Positions 19,596 to 28,843 of a DNA stretch of 64,000 bases are shown piece after piece. Below the pieces are notes generated by a model. It made no database searches, was not told the origin of the DNA, and saw only the letters and a program-made list of their open reading frames with translations. Position numbers and translations under genes: made by a program. This stretch comes from an uncultured Victivallales bacterium (GTDB lineage Bacteria; Verrucomicrobiota; Kiritimatiellia; UBA8416). Each line of letters opens with the position of its first letter. Position 1 is the first letter of the stretch. The stretch covers positions 4,246-68,245 of the forward strand of contig CAYLXP010000004.1 in the NCBI GenBank assembly GCA_964387425.1, given 5' to 3'.

Positions 19596-21680
19596 CTAGC
19601 GGCAGAGCGCATATTGTCTTGGCTCAGCTTGGCCCTCTAGAACCGAGAGAGCCCCGGCGGCCATCGCTTCCATTTCCATGCCGTCCTTGAAGATGATGAT
19701 CTGGGCCAAGTGCCCAACGCGCTTCTTCAGAGTGGCGACGATGCGGTCTGAGCTTGCCATGTTGCCCGTGAGAACGATGGCGTCGACGGGGCCGTCAATG
19801 GCGATGTGCATGGCCCCGATCTCCTTGGCAATCTGGTAGATCATGGCGTAAACAGCCTTCTCGGCCTCTTCATCTCCATCCTGGATGCGCTTCTCAATCT
19901 CCGGTAACGAGTCTTCTCCGATGTAGGACACCAGGCCCGCGCGTTTGGTCAGCTCTTGCTTGAGGGCGACCTTGTCAAACTCGCCGCTGTAGCACAGGTC
20001 GATCAACTCGTTCTGGGGCAGTGTGCCGGCGCGCTGCCGCGTGAAGGGCCCTTCGCCGAGCAGTGCGATGGTGTTGTCCACGATTCTTCCATGTTTGACT
20101 GCTGCCACGGAGATGCCATCCCCGATGTGCGCAAGCAGGAAGCTGGATCGATCGAATGGGCGGCCAATCATGGCAGCGGCTTTTTGGGCCGACGCCCGAA
20201 TGCTCAGAATGTGCCCGGTGCTCTTGCGTTCGATCGGGGCATAGCCGGAGTAGCGGGCCTCCTCCTTTAGTTCATCCGAAACGACTGGATCGACAGAGAA
20301 CGCGGGGATCTTGTAGTGGTGCGCGAGCCGCGCGGCAATCGGAATGCCCAGGTTGGATGCATGATCCATCTCGGCATAGTCACGCACGGCGCTGACTATG
20401 TCCTTCTCTTCGTGGACCTCGCCATTCTCAACCGAGCAGACCTGGTATACGCCGCCCTTGATGCGCTGGTTCTCCCTGTTGAGGAAACCGCCGCGTCCCA
20501 CGACGGCGTCTAATGCGGGTAAGTCGTCGGTCAGAAAGCCCTGGATTTGCTCGACATAGCGTTCGACCTCTTCGTCCATTGCGCTGCCTGTGAGTCCGGA
20601 AACGTGAGGCCTTGCCACCTCGAACTTCTTCAGGCAGTGGCGGTTCTCGAAGAGGGCGAGTTTCGTGGATGCGGCGCCCGGGTTGATGGTGAGGATGTGG
20701 TGGGCCTCCCGCACCTCGGCGGCAGGCGAAGCGCCCGCTTGCTCGGCCTGCTTCCGGAGGTAGTTTGAGTAGATACAGGCGAGGGCAATTGAATCGATCT
20801 TTGATCGTTCGGGATCCGACCGCGATGAAATCACGTAAGGGGTCTTGATGCCCACCGTGACACAGGCCATGCGGGCCGTCTGTTTTGCCACCATACGCAT
20901 GAGCATCTTGTACATGATGTTGGCGGCATCCAGGGTGGGGTTCACGAGAATATCCGCCTGGCCGGCAACCTGGCGCATGGGGGAGTCTGCGGGGCCGTCC
21001 AGTTTCTTCAAGCGGACGGATTCGGGGTCGACGGAAAGGTCGAAAGACAGGGGCCCGTACACAACAGCGTTATCCCAGTGCGCGCTCGCCAGTTCATGGG
21101 CGAGTACCGTGGAGGGGAGGGCCTGCATCACCTTCTCGTTGCCGGCCAGGAGTGCCACCCTGGGCAAAGGAAGGTTCAGGGCGCACTGTGCAACTTCGAC
21201 GGCATTGTCGATCAGTCCAGTCATGCGACTGTAGTTGAGAATGGCCGACACGCCCGGGTCGGTCATGACCATGGGGACTCCATCGCGAATACAGTCCGCC
21301 TGGAAGACCGTGGCGAGTGACATGGTATCGCGTGTGCGAAGCTTCACGAGTTGGCGATTCAGAATAGGAGTGGAGATATTCCCTTTCTGGATGACATTCG
21401 TTCTGCCAGATCGGGCAAGCTCCAGGATGGTCTCTGCGGTCTGCTCCTGGGAATCCGTACCCACAATATCGGCGGTGGGAATTTCGAGCTCCAACCGGGA
21501 TGCCGCTGCAAGCATGTCTTTCTCATTGCCGACAAGAACGCACTGCTTGACATACGGTTTGTCCCGCACGTTGCGATAGAGAAGTAGGTCGCCTTCGCGA
21601 TCCCCGCCCGCAATCGCGATTGTCTGAGGGGTCAGTGATTCGGCGATGCTTTCGAATTGCGCAATTTCTGTGGCGGCCAT
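19596..21680 (-). CDS. fused phosphate butyryl/acetyltransferase (PTA_PTB domain) - butyrate kinase (Buk) protein, copy 1
   Basis: The N-terminal roughly 320 aa is Ptb/Pta-like (…DPGVSAILNY…VISSRSDPERSKIDSIALAC…). The C-terminal roughly 370 aa is butyrate-kinase-like (ILTINPGAASTKLALFEN…IVLTGNMASS…). The track start at 21845 adds a Pro-rich 55-aa extension and would overlap the ACT gene by 109 nt; ATG 21680 (MAATEIAQF) is preferred. Confidence 0.8.
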   Translation of the reverse strand: MAATEIAQFESIAESLTPQTIAIAGGDREGDLLLYRNVRDKPYVKQCVLVGNEKDMLAAASRLELEIPTADIVGTDSQEQTAETILELARSGRTNVIQKGNISTPILNRQLVKLRTRDTMSLATVFQADCIRDGVPMVMTDPGVSAILNYSRMTGLIDNAVEVAQCALNLPLPRVALLAGNEKVMQALPSTVLAHELASAHWDNAVVYGPLSFDLSVDPESVRLKKLDGPADSPMRQVAGQADILVNPTLDAANIMYKMLMRMVAKQTARMACVTVGIKTPYVISSRSDPERSKIDSIALACIYSNYLRKQAEQAGASPAAEVREAHHILTINPGAASTKLALFENRHCLKKFEVARPHVSGLTGSAMDEEVERYVEQIQGFLTDDLPALDAVVGRGGFLNRENQRIKGGVYQVCSVENGEVHEEKDIVSAVRDYAEMDHASNLGIPIAARLAHHYKIPAFSVDPVVSDELKEEARYSGYAPIERKSTGHILSIRASAQKAAAMIGRPFDRSSFLLAHIGDGISVAAVKHGRIVDNTIALLGEGPFTRQRAGTLPQNELIDLCYSGEFDKVALKQELTKRAGLVSYIGEDSLPEIEKRIQDGDEEAEKAVYAMIYQIAKEIGAMHIAIDGPVDAIVLTGNMASSDRIVATLKKRVGHLAQIIIFKDGMEMEAMAAGALSVLEGQAEPRQYALCR

Positions 21681-21736
21681 TTGAGTCACCTTCCCGTTCG
21701 AAGCCCCTTGCCGTTCAGGCTGAGGCTTTGCTGCCC

Positions 21737-22219
21737 CTACAGAGCGGTGATCGCGTAGACCTGGTCGACCAGGATCCCCTGCTTCTTCAGGCGGTGCAGG
21801 ATCGGGTCGAGCTGGTTTGGGGATCCCCCCAGGAAATACGTCCATCCCGTAGAATCGTTGTACATGAGTTCGCAGGTCAGGAAGGAACTCTCGCCTGCGA
21901 CGTCTTTCGGGGCCAGTTTGCGCTTGGTTTTGGTCACCACCGTCTTGCGGAGGTTGTCGCCGAGGTAGGGATGCTCTTCAACCTTCTTGACCTTGGATAG
22001 GCGACTCAGGATTCGCTTGATCGTCGCCTTTTCCTCTTCGGTACAAGTGAACGTAACCAGAACGGTGCCACCGCAGCCGGACGACGTGTCTGACCCGTGC
22101 CCTACAACCGAGTCGAGCGAGATGCTGCGGTTCGAGAACGCGGAGGCGATGCTAGTCAGGGCCCCTGCGCGGTCATCTACCCAGATGCGAATAAACCAAT
22201 GCTTGATTGCCTTGCTCAC
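21737..22219 (-). CDS. ACT-domain protein
   Basis: IRIWVDDRAGALTSIASAFSNRSISLDSV is an ACT-type regulatory fold motif. The protein is 160 aa, and its stop overlaps the upstream Ptb-Buk copy 2 start by 4 nt. Confidence 0.55.
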   Translation of the reverse strand: MSKAIKHWFIRIWVDDRAGALTSIASAFSNRSISLDSVVGHGSDTSSGCGGTVLVTFTCTEEEKATIKRILSRLSKVKKVEEHPYLGDNLRKTVVTKTKRKLAPKDVAGESSFLTCELMYNDSTGWTYFLGGSPNQLDPILHRLKKQGILVDQVYAITAL

Positions 22220-24336
22220 GACGAAACCCTCCTGTTCAAACTGTATTGCAGCGGCTTCTCCCTGCCGCTGAGAACCCGGCAGGCCCCCCTGGCCATGGCC
22301 ACCATTTCGAGCGATTCCCGGTATACTACGATGGGCCCCAGCGATGCGATGCGTCGACGGATACCACGGAGCAGGAGTGATGAGCGTACCATGCCGCCGG
22401 TCAGCACGATGGCTTCGACCTTGTGCTCCACGGCAGCGGCCATGGCCCCGATGTCCTTGGCTACCTGGTAAGCCATCGCTTCTACGACCCGCGCGGCCTT
22501 CTTATCACCACTTAGCGCTAATTCCCCAATTCTCTCCAGGCGATCGTCGCCGAGGTAAGAAACCAGTCCGCCCCGCTTGGTCAGTTCAGTGATTAGCTCG
22601 GCCTTGGACATGCCGCCGTCGTAGCACAGGTCGATCAGCTCCTTCTGCGGCACTCCCCCCGTCCTCTGTGGCGTGAAGGGACCCTCTCCGAGGAGCGCGA
22701 TGGTGTTGTCGATCATGCGTCCCTTGCGAATAGCTGCAATTGTGATTCCACCACCCAGATGCCCCACAACCACGTTTACCGCTTTCGGGTCGCGCTGGTT
22801 GTCCTCGGCAAACTGGTGCACGGCTGCCTTGATGCTCAGCGCGTGCGCCGTGCTCTTGCGCGTGATTCCGGCGTAGCCTGAGAGTTCTGCCTCGGGACAG
22901 AATTCATCAACGACCACGGGGTCCACGGCGTAGGCCGGCAGGGTGAGTCGCCGCGCATATGCCGCGGCCATGGGAATGCCCAGGTTGGATGCATGATCCA
23001 TCTCTGCGAACTCGGTTACCCCGCGCACGATGTCTTCCTGTACGCGCACCTTGTTCCGCTTGACGTCGGCCACCAGGTAGGTTCCGCCCTTGAGCTTGCC
23101 TTTCGGGCGTTTGAGGAATCCGCCGCGGCCCACGATGGCCGTGAGTCCTCGCACCTTGTGCTTGCGCAGAAAGGCGTCGACTTGTTCGATGCGTTCATCG
23201 ACTTCGGCCTGCAGGTCGCTGCCCGGCAGGAGCTTCGATGCGTAGGAGAGTTCCTGTTCGTGAAGGCAGGTGTCATTCTCGAAAACGGCTACCTTGGTGG
23301 ACGTAGAGCCAGGATTGATCGTCAGGATTCTCTGCGCTTTGGCAGCCTTCCGCTTTGCTGTCGCAACCCTTTCGCGGTGTCCCGTGCGTTCTGCATAGAC
23401 ACAGCACAGCGCGATTGAGTCGAGTTTGGTCTCGAGCGGGTCGGAGCGCGAGAGGATGCCGTAGGGGACTTCCACCCCCGTTGTGATTCCGGCCATGGAG
23501 GCATCCCCGTACTTGGCCATGGCCATGATGGTCTTGTAGACGGCGTTGGCCGTGTCGATCCCCGGGCATACCAGCACATCCGCCCGACCTGCCACCTGGC
23601 GCGCATTCCGGGAGGCAGGCATGCCCTTGCAGGAAACCGATTCCATATCTGTGGCCAGGTCAAACGACAGCGGACCGCACACGATCATGTCATTCCACTT
23701 GCGCTCGGCCAGTGCCGCGGCCATCACGGAAGAGTGAAGGGACGGGATAACTTTCTCGTTTGCGGAGAGCAGTGCAACACGCGGTTTCTCGATCCCGGTG
23801 ACGACCCGGCAAACGTCGGCGGCGCTCTCAATGAGGTCGATCAGGCGCCCGTAGGTGCATTCGGTTGTCACACCCGGGTCGGTAAGAAACATGGGGCGCC
23901 CGTCGGCCAGGGGTGCGGCGTCAAACATCGTCACCTGGCCCATGGTGTTGCGGACGCGCAGCTTGAGAATAGCCCGGCTGAGGGTGGGGGTGGAGATGTC
24001 GCCCTTGATGATGATGTCGGCACGACCCTTTCGTACCAAATCAACGGTCTTGGCGGCGGTTTCCTCGTCCGAGGCCGTGTTGAGAATATGGGATTCCGGA
24101 ACGTCAATCCCGACCTTGTGTGTGGCAACCCGGATACGGTCGGCATCGCCGATCAGCAGGCAGTCGCGGATGATGCCGTGGTCCCGGGCCGACTCGAGGA
24201 GCCTCAGGTCATCCTCTCGATGGCCGCCGGGGATGACGACGTTTTTCGGCGCCATCGCCCCGGCAACTTCGAGTAGATCAGAAACACCGGCGACCTTGGG
24301 AAGGTCGCCGGTGTTCCGGTTGTTCGTTTGAGTCAT
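22216..24336 (-). CDS. fused phosphate butyryl/acetyltransferase - butyrate kinase protein, copy 2
   Basis: It has the same architecture as copy 1: a Ptb-like N-terminal half, then RILTINPGSTSTKVAVFEN…AIVLTGGMVRSSLL in the Buk-like C-terminal half. It is a paralog of copy 1. Confidence 0.8.
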   Translation of the reverse strand: MTQTNNRNTGDLPKVAGVSDLLEVAGAMAPKNVVIPGGHREDDLRLLESARDHGIIRDCLLIGDADRIRVATHKVGIDVPESHILNTASDEETAAKTVDLVRKGRADIIIKGDISTPTLSRAILKLRVRNTMGQVTMFDAAPLADGRPMFLTDPGVTTECTYGRLIDLIESAADVCRVVTGIEKPRVALLSANEKVIPSLHSSVMAAALAERKWNDMIVCGPLSFDLATDMESVSCKGMPASRNARQVAGRADVLVCPGIDTANAVYKTIMAMAKYGDASMAGITTGVEVPYGILSRSDPLETKLDSIALCCVYAERTGHRERVATAKRKAAKAQRILTINPGSTSTKVAVFENDTCLHEQELSYASKLLPGSDLQAEVDERIEQVDAFLRKHKVRGLTAIVGRGGFLKRPKGKLKGGTYLVADVKRNKVRVQEDIVRGVTEFAEMDHASNLGIPMAAAYARRLTLPAYAVDPVVVDEFCPEAELSGYAGITRKSTAHALSIKAAVHQFAEDNQRDPKAVNVVVGHLGGGITIAAIRKGRMIDNTIALLGEGPFTPQRTGGVPQKELIDLCYDGGMSKAELITELTKRGGLVSYLGDDRLERIGELALSGDKKAARVVEAMAYQVAKDIGAMAAAVEHKVEAIVLTGGMVRSSLLLRGIRRRIASLGPIVVYRESLEMVAMARGACRVLSGREKPLQYSLNRRVSS

Positions 24337-24362
24337 TGTTCTTTGTCTGTCGTCAGTAGTGA

Positions 24363-24986
24363 CTAGGCCGCAGCAGCTTCAGATCCTGATCCTGCTGTCA
24401 CCTTTGCTTCGTACGCACCGCGCCAGGCGACGGTGATGAAGCCGAAGATCTGGCCCACGATGCAGCCGATCATTTCCGGGACGGCTACGGACATGAATCC
24501 GGGCATGTCGTGAGCGATACCGATCTTGACCGCTTCGCCGGCTTCGTTGAGGCCAACCCCGCCGCCAAGTGTCATGATGGCGAAGAACATGCCTGATCCG
24601 ATGAAGAGGCCGGGAATGAAGTCGAACATAGGCACGCGTTCCAGGCTGATCGCGGGAATAACGATGATGAAGACCGCGAGAGCATAGGACAGGTAGTAGT
24701 TCGGCGCCTCGGCTGAGCCCAGGGGAACCGCCAGCGCATCACCCATCAGCATGATGATGATCGAGGCGATGATACCGCTGAGGTACGCGAGGACGACCTT
24801 CACACCGTTCTTGGGTGTGCACCCGGCGGCGAAGTAGACGGCCCACGCCTGGAACGTGACGAAGATGAGAAGTCCCGGGCCTCCGACGGCCGCGGTTGAG
24901 CCCGGTACGAACTTGGCAATCAGCATGAGAATTGCCGCCTGAACGCCCAGCAGAATAGGGATGATGATGAATTTACCAAATGACAT
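24363..24986 (-). CDS. multi-pass inner-membrane protein (about 6 TM), unknown function, possibly a small transporter or DUF1097-like
   Basis: It is highly hydrophobic (IIIPILLGVQAAILMLIAKFV…, …VVLAYLSGIIASIIIMLMG…, …GLFIGSGMFFAIMTLGGG…) and tightly packed between Ptb-Buk 2 and the LsrF-like gene. Confidence 0.5.
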   Translation of the reverse strand: MSFGKFIIIPILLGVQAAILMLIAKFVPGSTAAVGGPGLLIFVTFQAWAVYFAAGCTPKNGVKVVLAYLSGIIASIIIMLMGDALAVPLGSAEAPNYYLSYALAVFIIVIPAISLERVPMFDFIPGLFIGSGMFFAIMTLGGGVGLNEAGEAVKIGIAHDMPGFMSVAVPEMIGCIVGQIFGFITVAWRGAYEAKVTAGSGSEAAAA

Positions 24987-25000
24987 GATTGTTCTCCTTT

Positions 25001-25879
25001 TTACTTAGATGCTTTGAGGTCGTTAAACATAGTGAAGGCGTCTGCCGGTGTCGCACCGTCATGCACCACATGCCCGACAGCCTTGATCATGGCAATCGGA
25101 TCTTCCGACTGGAACACGTTGCGCCCCATATCAACGCCCGCAGCGCCATCGTTGATGGCCTTGTAGGCGAGCTCGAGCGCTTCGTCCTCGGGAAGCTTCT
25201 TGCCGCCCGCGATCACAATCGGAACCGGACAGCAGGCCGTAACCTTCTCGAAGCCCTCCGTGTAGTAGGTCTTCACGATGTTCGCCCCGTTCTCCGCGCA
25301 GATGCGCGACGCAAGACCGAAGTAGCGTGCATCGCGCGCCATGTCCTTGCCAACCGCCGTGACACCCATCACGGGGATCTCGAAGCGCTGCCCGAGGTCG
25401 GCCAGCTCGTAGAGGTTGGCGATCGTCTGCGCTTCCATGTCGGGATCGCCAATCGCCAGCATGATCGCCATCGCCGAGGCGTTCAGACGCACGGCGTCTT
25501 CCACGTCGATGATCACGTTGTCGTTCAGCTGCGTCAGGATCGAGGTGCCGGCGTCAGAGCGCAGGCAGATCGGCTTGTTGTAGGTCGGCGGGATGCAGGT
25601 GCGGATGATGCCGCGTGCGCCCATCAGGCAGTCTGCATGCTCAACCAGCGGGACGATGTTGAGGTCGATACGCTCCACGCCGGAGGTCGGCCCCATGATG
25701 AACCCGTGGTCAAACGCCAGCATGACCGTCTTGCCGGTGTCGGGCCGGAAGATTCGGGACATGCGGTCCTTCATCCCCCAACCCATGTTGTCGCACCCTT
25801 TCAGGTGGAATCCCTGGCTTTCGGCCGGCTTGTCCAAGCCGAAATCCTTGCCGTCTCTGATGTCGTCTAAATCCGCCAT
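25001..25879 (-). CDS. lsrF: LsrF-type DhnA-family class I aldolase/thiolase (3-hydroxy-5-phosphonooxypentane-2,4-dione thiolase-like)
   Basis: The 292-aa length matches LsrF. The N-terminus [18 protein letters not shown]…HLKGC…WGM…[18 protein letters not shown] closely matches E. coli LsrF as I recall it (MADLDDIKDGKDF…[12 protein letters not shown]…). [28 protein letters not shown](V/I)FQS and IAMIKAV are also conserved. Confidence 0.7.
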   Translation of the reverse strand: MADLDDIRDGKDFGLDKPAESQGFHLKGCDNMGWGMKDRMSRIFRPDTGKTVMLAFDHGFIMGPTSGVERIDLNIVPLVEHADCLMGARGIIRTCIPPTYNKPICLRSDAGTSILTQLNDNVIIDVEDAVRLNASAMAIMLAIGDPDMEAQTIANLYELADLGQRFEIPVMGVTAVGKDMARDARYFGLASRICAENGANIVKTYYTEGFEKVTACCPVPIVIAGGKKLPEDEALELAYKAINDGAAGVDMGRNVFQSEDPIAMIKAVGHVVHDGATPADAFTMFNDLKASK

Positions 25880-26514
25880 TACTCTAGTCCTTTCTTCAGT
25901 CCCTCAAATAGAAGCGCCATTGAGGTCGCCCCGGGGTCAACGTGTCCGATTGACCGCTCCCCGATGTTCTTTGCCCGGCCGAACGTGGCCTGCATTTCCT
26001 TCGTCGATTCAGCCCCCTTGACGGCAGCTTCCGCACCAGCAGCCAGTGCCGTAAGAACACAAGGCTGTGCGTCTGCCGATTCCCGAAGGGCGGCCAGTGC
26101 CGGAACGAGCGTGTCGATCATGGTCTTTCCACCCACTTCAGCCCGGGTGTTCTTCCGGAGCTTTGCGACGCCTGACTCCAGCATGGAGACAAACGTGGTG
26201 CAGTCGATGGGACCTTCTTCAGGTGTGGCATTGCTCATGCCGATGAAGAGCGAACCATACAACGGGCTGGTAGAACCGGCGTCCGTCGACATGGCTGCCC
26301 AGCCGATCGCTTTGAGCAACGTTTTGAGCTCATTGCTCTCGTCCTTTTCGATGGTATCAATGATAGCGTCAGCCACCTTTGAGACCGCCGTCCCGTGATC
26401 ACCATCACCGGTAGCCGAGTCGAGCTGGGACAGGTGGTCCCGGTTCTCTTTGAGCAATCCGGCTGCCGTCTGAAGCATACTGACGACAGAGCTGTAATCT
26501 ACTGTTTCCGGCAC
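25879..26514 (-). CDS. dhaL: dihydroxyacetone kinase ADP-binding subunit DhaL
   Basis: The 211-aa length and [20 protein letters not shown]…, an all-helical DhaL-type sequence, match DhaL. Its stop overlaps the LsrF start by 1 nt. Confidence 0.8.
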   Translation of the reverse strand: MPETVDYSSVVSMLQTAAGLLKENRDHLSQLDSATGDGDHGTAVSKVADAIIDTIEKDESNELKTLLKAIGWAAMSTDAGSTSPLYGSLFIGMSNATPEEGPIDCTTFVSMLESGVAKLRKNTRAEVGGKTMIDTLVPALAALRESADAQPCVLTALAAGAEAAVKGAESTKEMQATFGRAKNIGERSIGHVDPGATSMALLFEGLKKGLE

Positions 26515-26595
26515 CTCAGGCCTCCTTTTCGAGGTGTTTGTGAAGGATCGAAGATCCCCGCCGCAGGGCGGGGATCTCCGGTAAGGTCTGGTTGC

Positions 26596-27597
26596 CTAGC
26601 GCGTTACCCAGAACGGCGCGTCCGACGGAGCCTTCATCAGTTCGACCAGCTCGTCATCCAGTTTCGCGGCGCACATCTGGAATCCGCCCATTTCCTGAAC
26701 GGTGAGGTACTCACCGACCAGTGCGTGGGCGACGGTTATGCCCTGCGACTCGGCGTAGTTCTTGGTCGCACGGAACACGATGAACTGTTCCATCAGCGTG
26801 GTTGCGCCGGCGCCGTTGATCATGAGCATGATCTTGTCGCCGCTTGCGCAGTTGGCGGCAGGCAGAACCTGCGTGGCCATCTTGACTGCCGTCTCGTCAG
26901 CCGTCAGCATCTTCGAGCTACCCGTGCCGGCTTCGCCGTGCTGGCCCATGCCGATCTCCATCTCGTCGTCCGCGAGGTCGAAAATCGCGCCCCCGGACTG
27001 CGGGTGGGTTGCGGTCTTGAGCGCAACCGCCAGCGTGGCCATGTTGTCGTTGATCTTCTCGGCCACGGCGTAGACTTCGTCCAGGCTCTTGCCGGCCTCG
27101 GCCGCGGCGCCAGCCACCTTGTACAGCGGAATGCAGCCGGCCAGGCCGCGCTTGTCCTCTATCGGAGCGTCGGCGCCCGGTGCAATGTCTTCGTGCGTCA
27201 GGATCATCTTGACGTTGATGCCTTCTTCTTCCGCCATTTCCATGGCCATATTGCCGCTCATGACGTCGCCTTCGTGATTCAGCACCACGAAGAGGATACC
27301 GGCGTCGCGCTTGAGCAGGCGCATGGCTTCGACGACTTTCGGGGCACCCGGGGCGGCGAAGACGTCGCCGACAACCGACGCGTCCAGCATGCCTTCGCCC
27401 ACGAAACCGCTCAGGGCGGGCTCGTGACCGGCGCCGCCGAGCGTGATGATCGCGACTTTGCTCTCATCCTTCGGGGTGGCACGCATGACGATTTTGTCGG
27501 ATACCAGTTTGACCTGCTCCGGGTTGGCGCCGCAGTAGCCTTCCAGCAGTTCGGCGGTGAGGTTGTCGGGATCGTTGATGAATTTCTTCATTGGCAT
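26596..27597 (-). CDS. dhaK: dihydroxyacetone kinase substrate-binding subunit DhaK
   Basis: The 333-aa length, GGAGHEPALSGFVGEGMLDASVVGDVFAAP (the GHEP hemiaminal-His motif) and FVVLNHEGDVM match DhaK. No DhaM-like gene is in the operon. Confidence 0.85.
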   Translation of the reverse strand: MPMKKFINDPDNLTAELLEGYCGANPEQVKLVSDKIVMRATPKDESKVAIITLGGAGHEPALSGFVGEGMLDASVVGDVFAAPGAPKVVEAMRLLKRDAGILFVVLNHEGDVMSGNMAMEMAEEEGINVKMILTHEDIAPGADAPIEDKRGLAGCIPLYKVAGAAAEAGKSLDEVYAVAEKINDNMATLAVALKTATHPQSGGAIFDLADDEMEIGMGQHGEAGTGSSKMLTADETAVKMATQVLPAANCASGDKIMLMINGAGATTLMEQFIVFRATKNYAESQGITVAHALVGEYLTVQEMGGFQMCAAKLDDELVELMKAPSDAPFWVTR

Positions 27598-27624
27598 GAT
27601 GTGTTCTCCTTTTTCTGATGTGAA

Positions 27625-27969
27625 TTAGTATGCGGATCCAGCGTCGCCACCGGACATTTCCATGAACTCGATCGGGCAGCCTTCGCCATCGACGATGAAC
27701 GCGATGCGGAGCGACTCGTTAACGGCGACGGGATCGAGAATGACCTTCTGTCCCGCAATGGCCGCGTCGAGGTCTTCGACGATATAGGCGATATGCGTGT
27801 GATCCTGGATTTCGCGAGGCATTTCGCAGTCGGCGTCGAAACGCAACCACTCAATGTTGTGTTCGCTGTTCGCAAAATCGGTGAGATGGAGCTTCATACC
27901 CTCGGCGTATGTCTCGCCCGCTTTGGACTCTGTTGTGGGGATTCCCACATGGCTGAATGTCTTCGTCAT
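27625..27969 (-). CDS. small VOC (glyoxalase/bleomycin-resistance-like) fold protein
   Basis: The N-terminus FSHVGIPTTESK… and IAYIVEDLDAAI resemble the VOC betaalphabetabetabeta start motifs. The protein is 114 aa and tightly linked to dhaK. Confidence 0.4.
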   Translation of the reverse strand: MTKTFSHVGIPTTESKAGETYAEGMKLHLTDFANSEHNIEWLRFDADCEMPREIQDHTHIAYIVEDLDAAIAGQKVILDPVAVNESLRIAFIVDGEGCPIEFMEMSGGDAGSAY

Positions 27970-27995
27970 CTATCGTCCTCCCGTGTTTGCTGATT

Positions 27996-28742
27996 CTAGT
28001 GACCCGTGCTCTTGAATTCCATGTCCGGCTTACTGAAGTGCACGTGATTGTGGTACGTGGCACCTTCCGTGATGATCGCACCGTCCGGCCCCGCGATGAT
28101 GCCATGCCAGGCTTCGGGATCCTGGAGCTTGTACATGATGTTCTTCTTCGCATCGCGATGGGTGATGTATTTCGACTTGAACCACTTCTCGCCATAGCCC
28201 CAGGGACGCTGGTCTTCGGGAAGGTCGCTGATCTTCATCTCGTCGCCGTGCTTGTACTCACCGTAGAAGCGAACGTCGCCGTAGCGAACGTGCCAGGCTT
28301 CCATTTTCGGCGGCAGGTCTTCCGGGCCGCCCAGGTGGGCGTGCTCGGGCAGCGTCTGTCCGGGCAGCAGGTAGATTTCGTGCAGCAGGTAGCCGAAGTG
28401 TGCATCCTTGAACTTGCCCTTGTACTTGCCGGCGCCGGTGGACTTGTACTCGCCCTTTTCGTTCAGCCAGAAGATGCCGCCCATGCCCAGCGCCAGGATG
28501 TTGCCCTGGTTGAAGTCGCAGACCCAGAATTCATCGGTCTTGAGTACGTCCGGAATCGGGTAGTTGAAACGCTCAAACATGTCGTAGTAGGCCTGCTTGA
28601 CCTCCTCGATATTCATCTTCCCGTCATCATAGAAGCTCTCCACGCATCCTCCTTTTCCAACCTTTGGCGCGGTTGCACACCCCGAAAGGATTCCCGCTAC
28701 TCCGACTGCTACCGACATTGCTACGACATGCCTCTTCTTCAC
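27996..28742 (-). CDS. lipoprotein, D-lyxose ketol-isomerase-like cupin
   Basis: LLPGQTLPEHAHLGGPEDLP and WHVRYGDVRFYGEY resemble the YdaE-type lyxose isomerase motifs (FPGQTCPEHRHPP, FRCRYGKVYLY). The preferred start is GTG 28742, 5 nt after AAAGGAGGG. It gives a classical lipoprotein signal, MKKRHVVAMSVAVGVAGILSGC. The track start at 28817 lacks an RBS and leaves only 26 nt to the divergent AraC gene. Confidence 0.55.
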   Translation of the reverse strand: MKKRHVVAMSVAVGVAGILSGCATAPKVGKGGCVESFYDDGKMNIEEVKQAYYDMFERFNYPIPDVLKTDEFWVCDFNQGNILALGMGGIFWLNEKGEYKSTGAGKYKGKFKDAHFGYLLHEIYLLPGQTLPEHAHLGGPEDLPPKMEAWHVRYGDVRFYGEYKHGDEMKISDLPEDQRPWGYGEKWFKSKYITHRDAKKNIMYKLQDPEAWHGIIAGPDGAIITEGATYHNHVHFSKPDMEFKSTGH

Positions 28743-28843
28743 CACTGCCCTCCTTTTTGTCAACGCGTGTCCTTGCCGCACGATGACCTGTTCCGATTGG
28801 ACCGAAATAGTAGTCACTACGCGAGTAGAAGGGAATAGAAGGA

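Noticed and set aside
21681-21845. The 55-aa N-terminal extension of Ptb-Buk copy 1 implied by track start 21845
   Set aside because: It is Pro/Gly-rich and unlike Ptb. It would overlap the ACT gene by 109 nt. The internal ATG 21680 restores a normal Ptb N-terminus.
28680-28817. A Tat-type signal (TKRRAVVKK) on the cupin lipoprotein
   Set aside because: A strong SD followed by a GTG lies downstream of the KRR. The start that follows gives a standard Sec/lipobox signal, so the KRR is probably 5' UTR.
24989-28838. Plus-strand ORFs 24989..25870, 26395..27618 and 27957..28838, antisense to the lsrF-like, dhaK and lyxose-isomerase-like genes
   Set aside because: The minus-strand products match known families (LsrF, DhaK, cupin). 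The plus-strand translations are His/Arg/Asp-rich nonsense.
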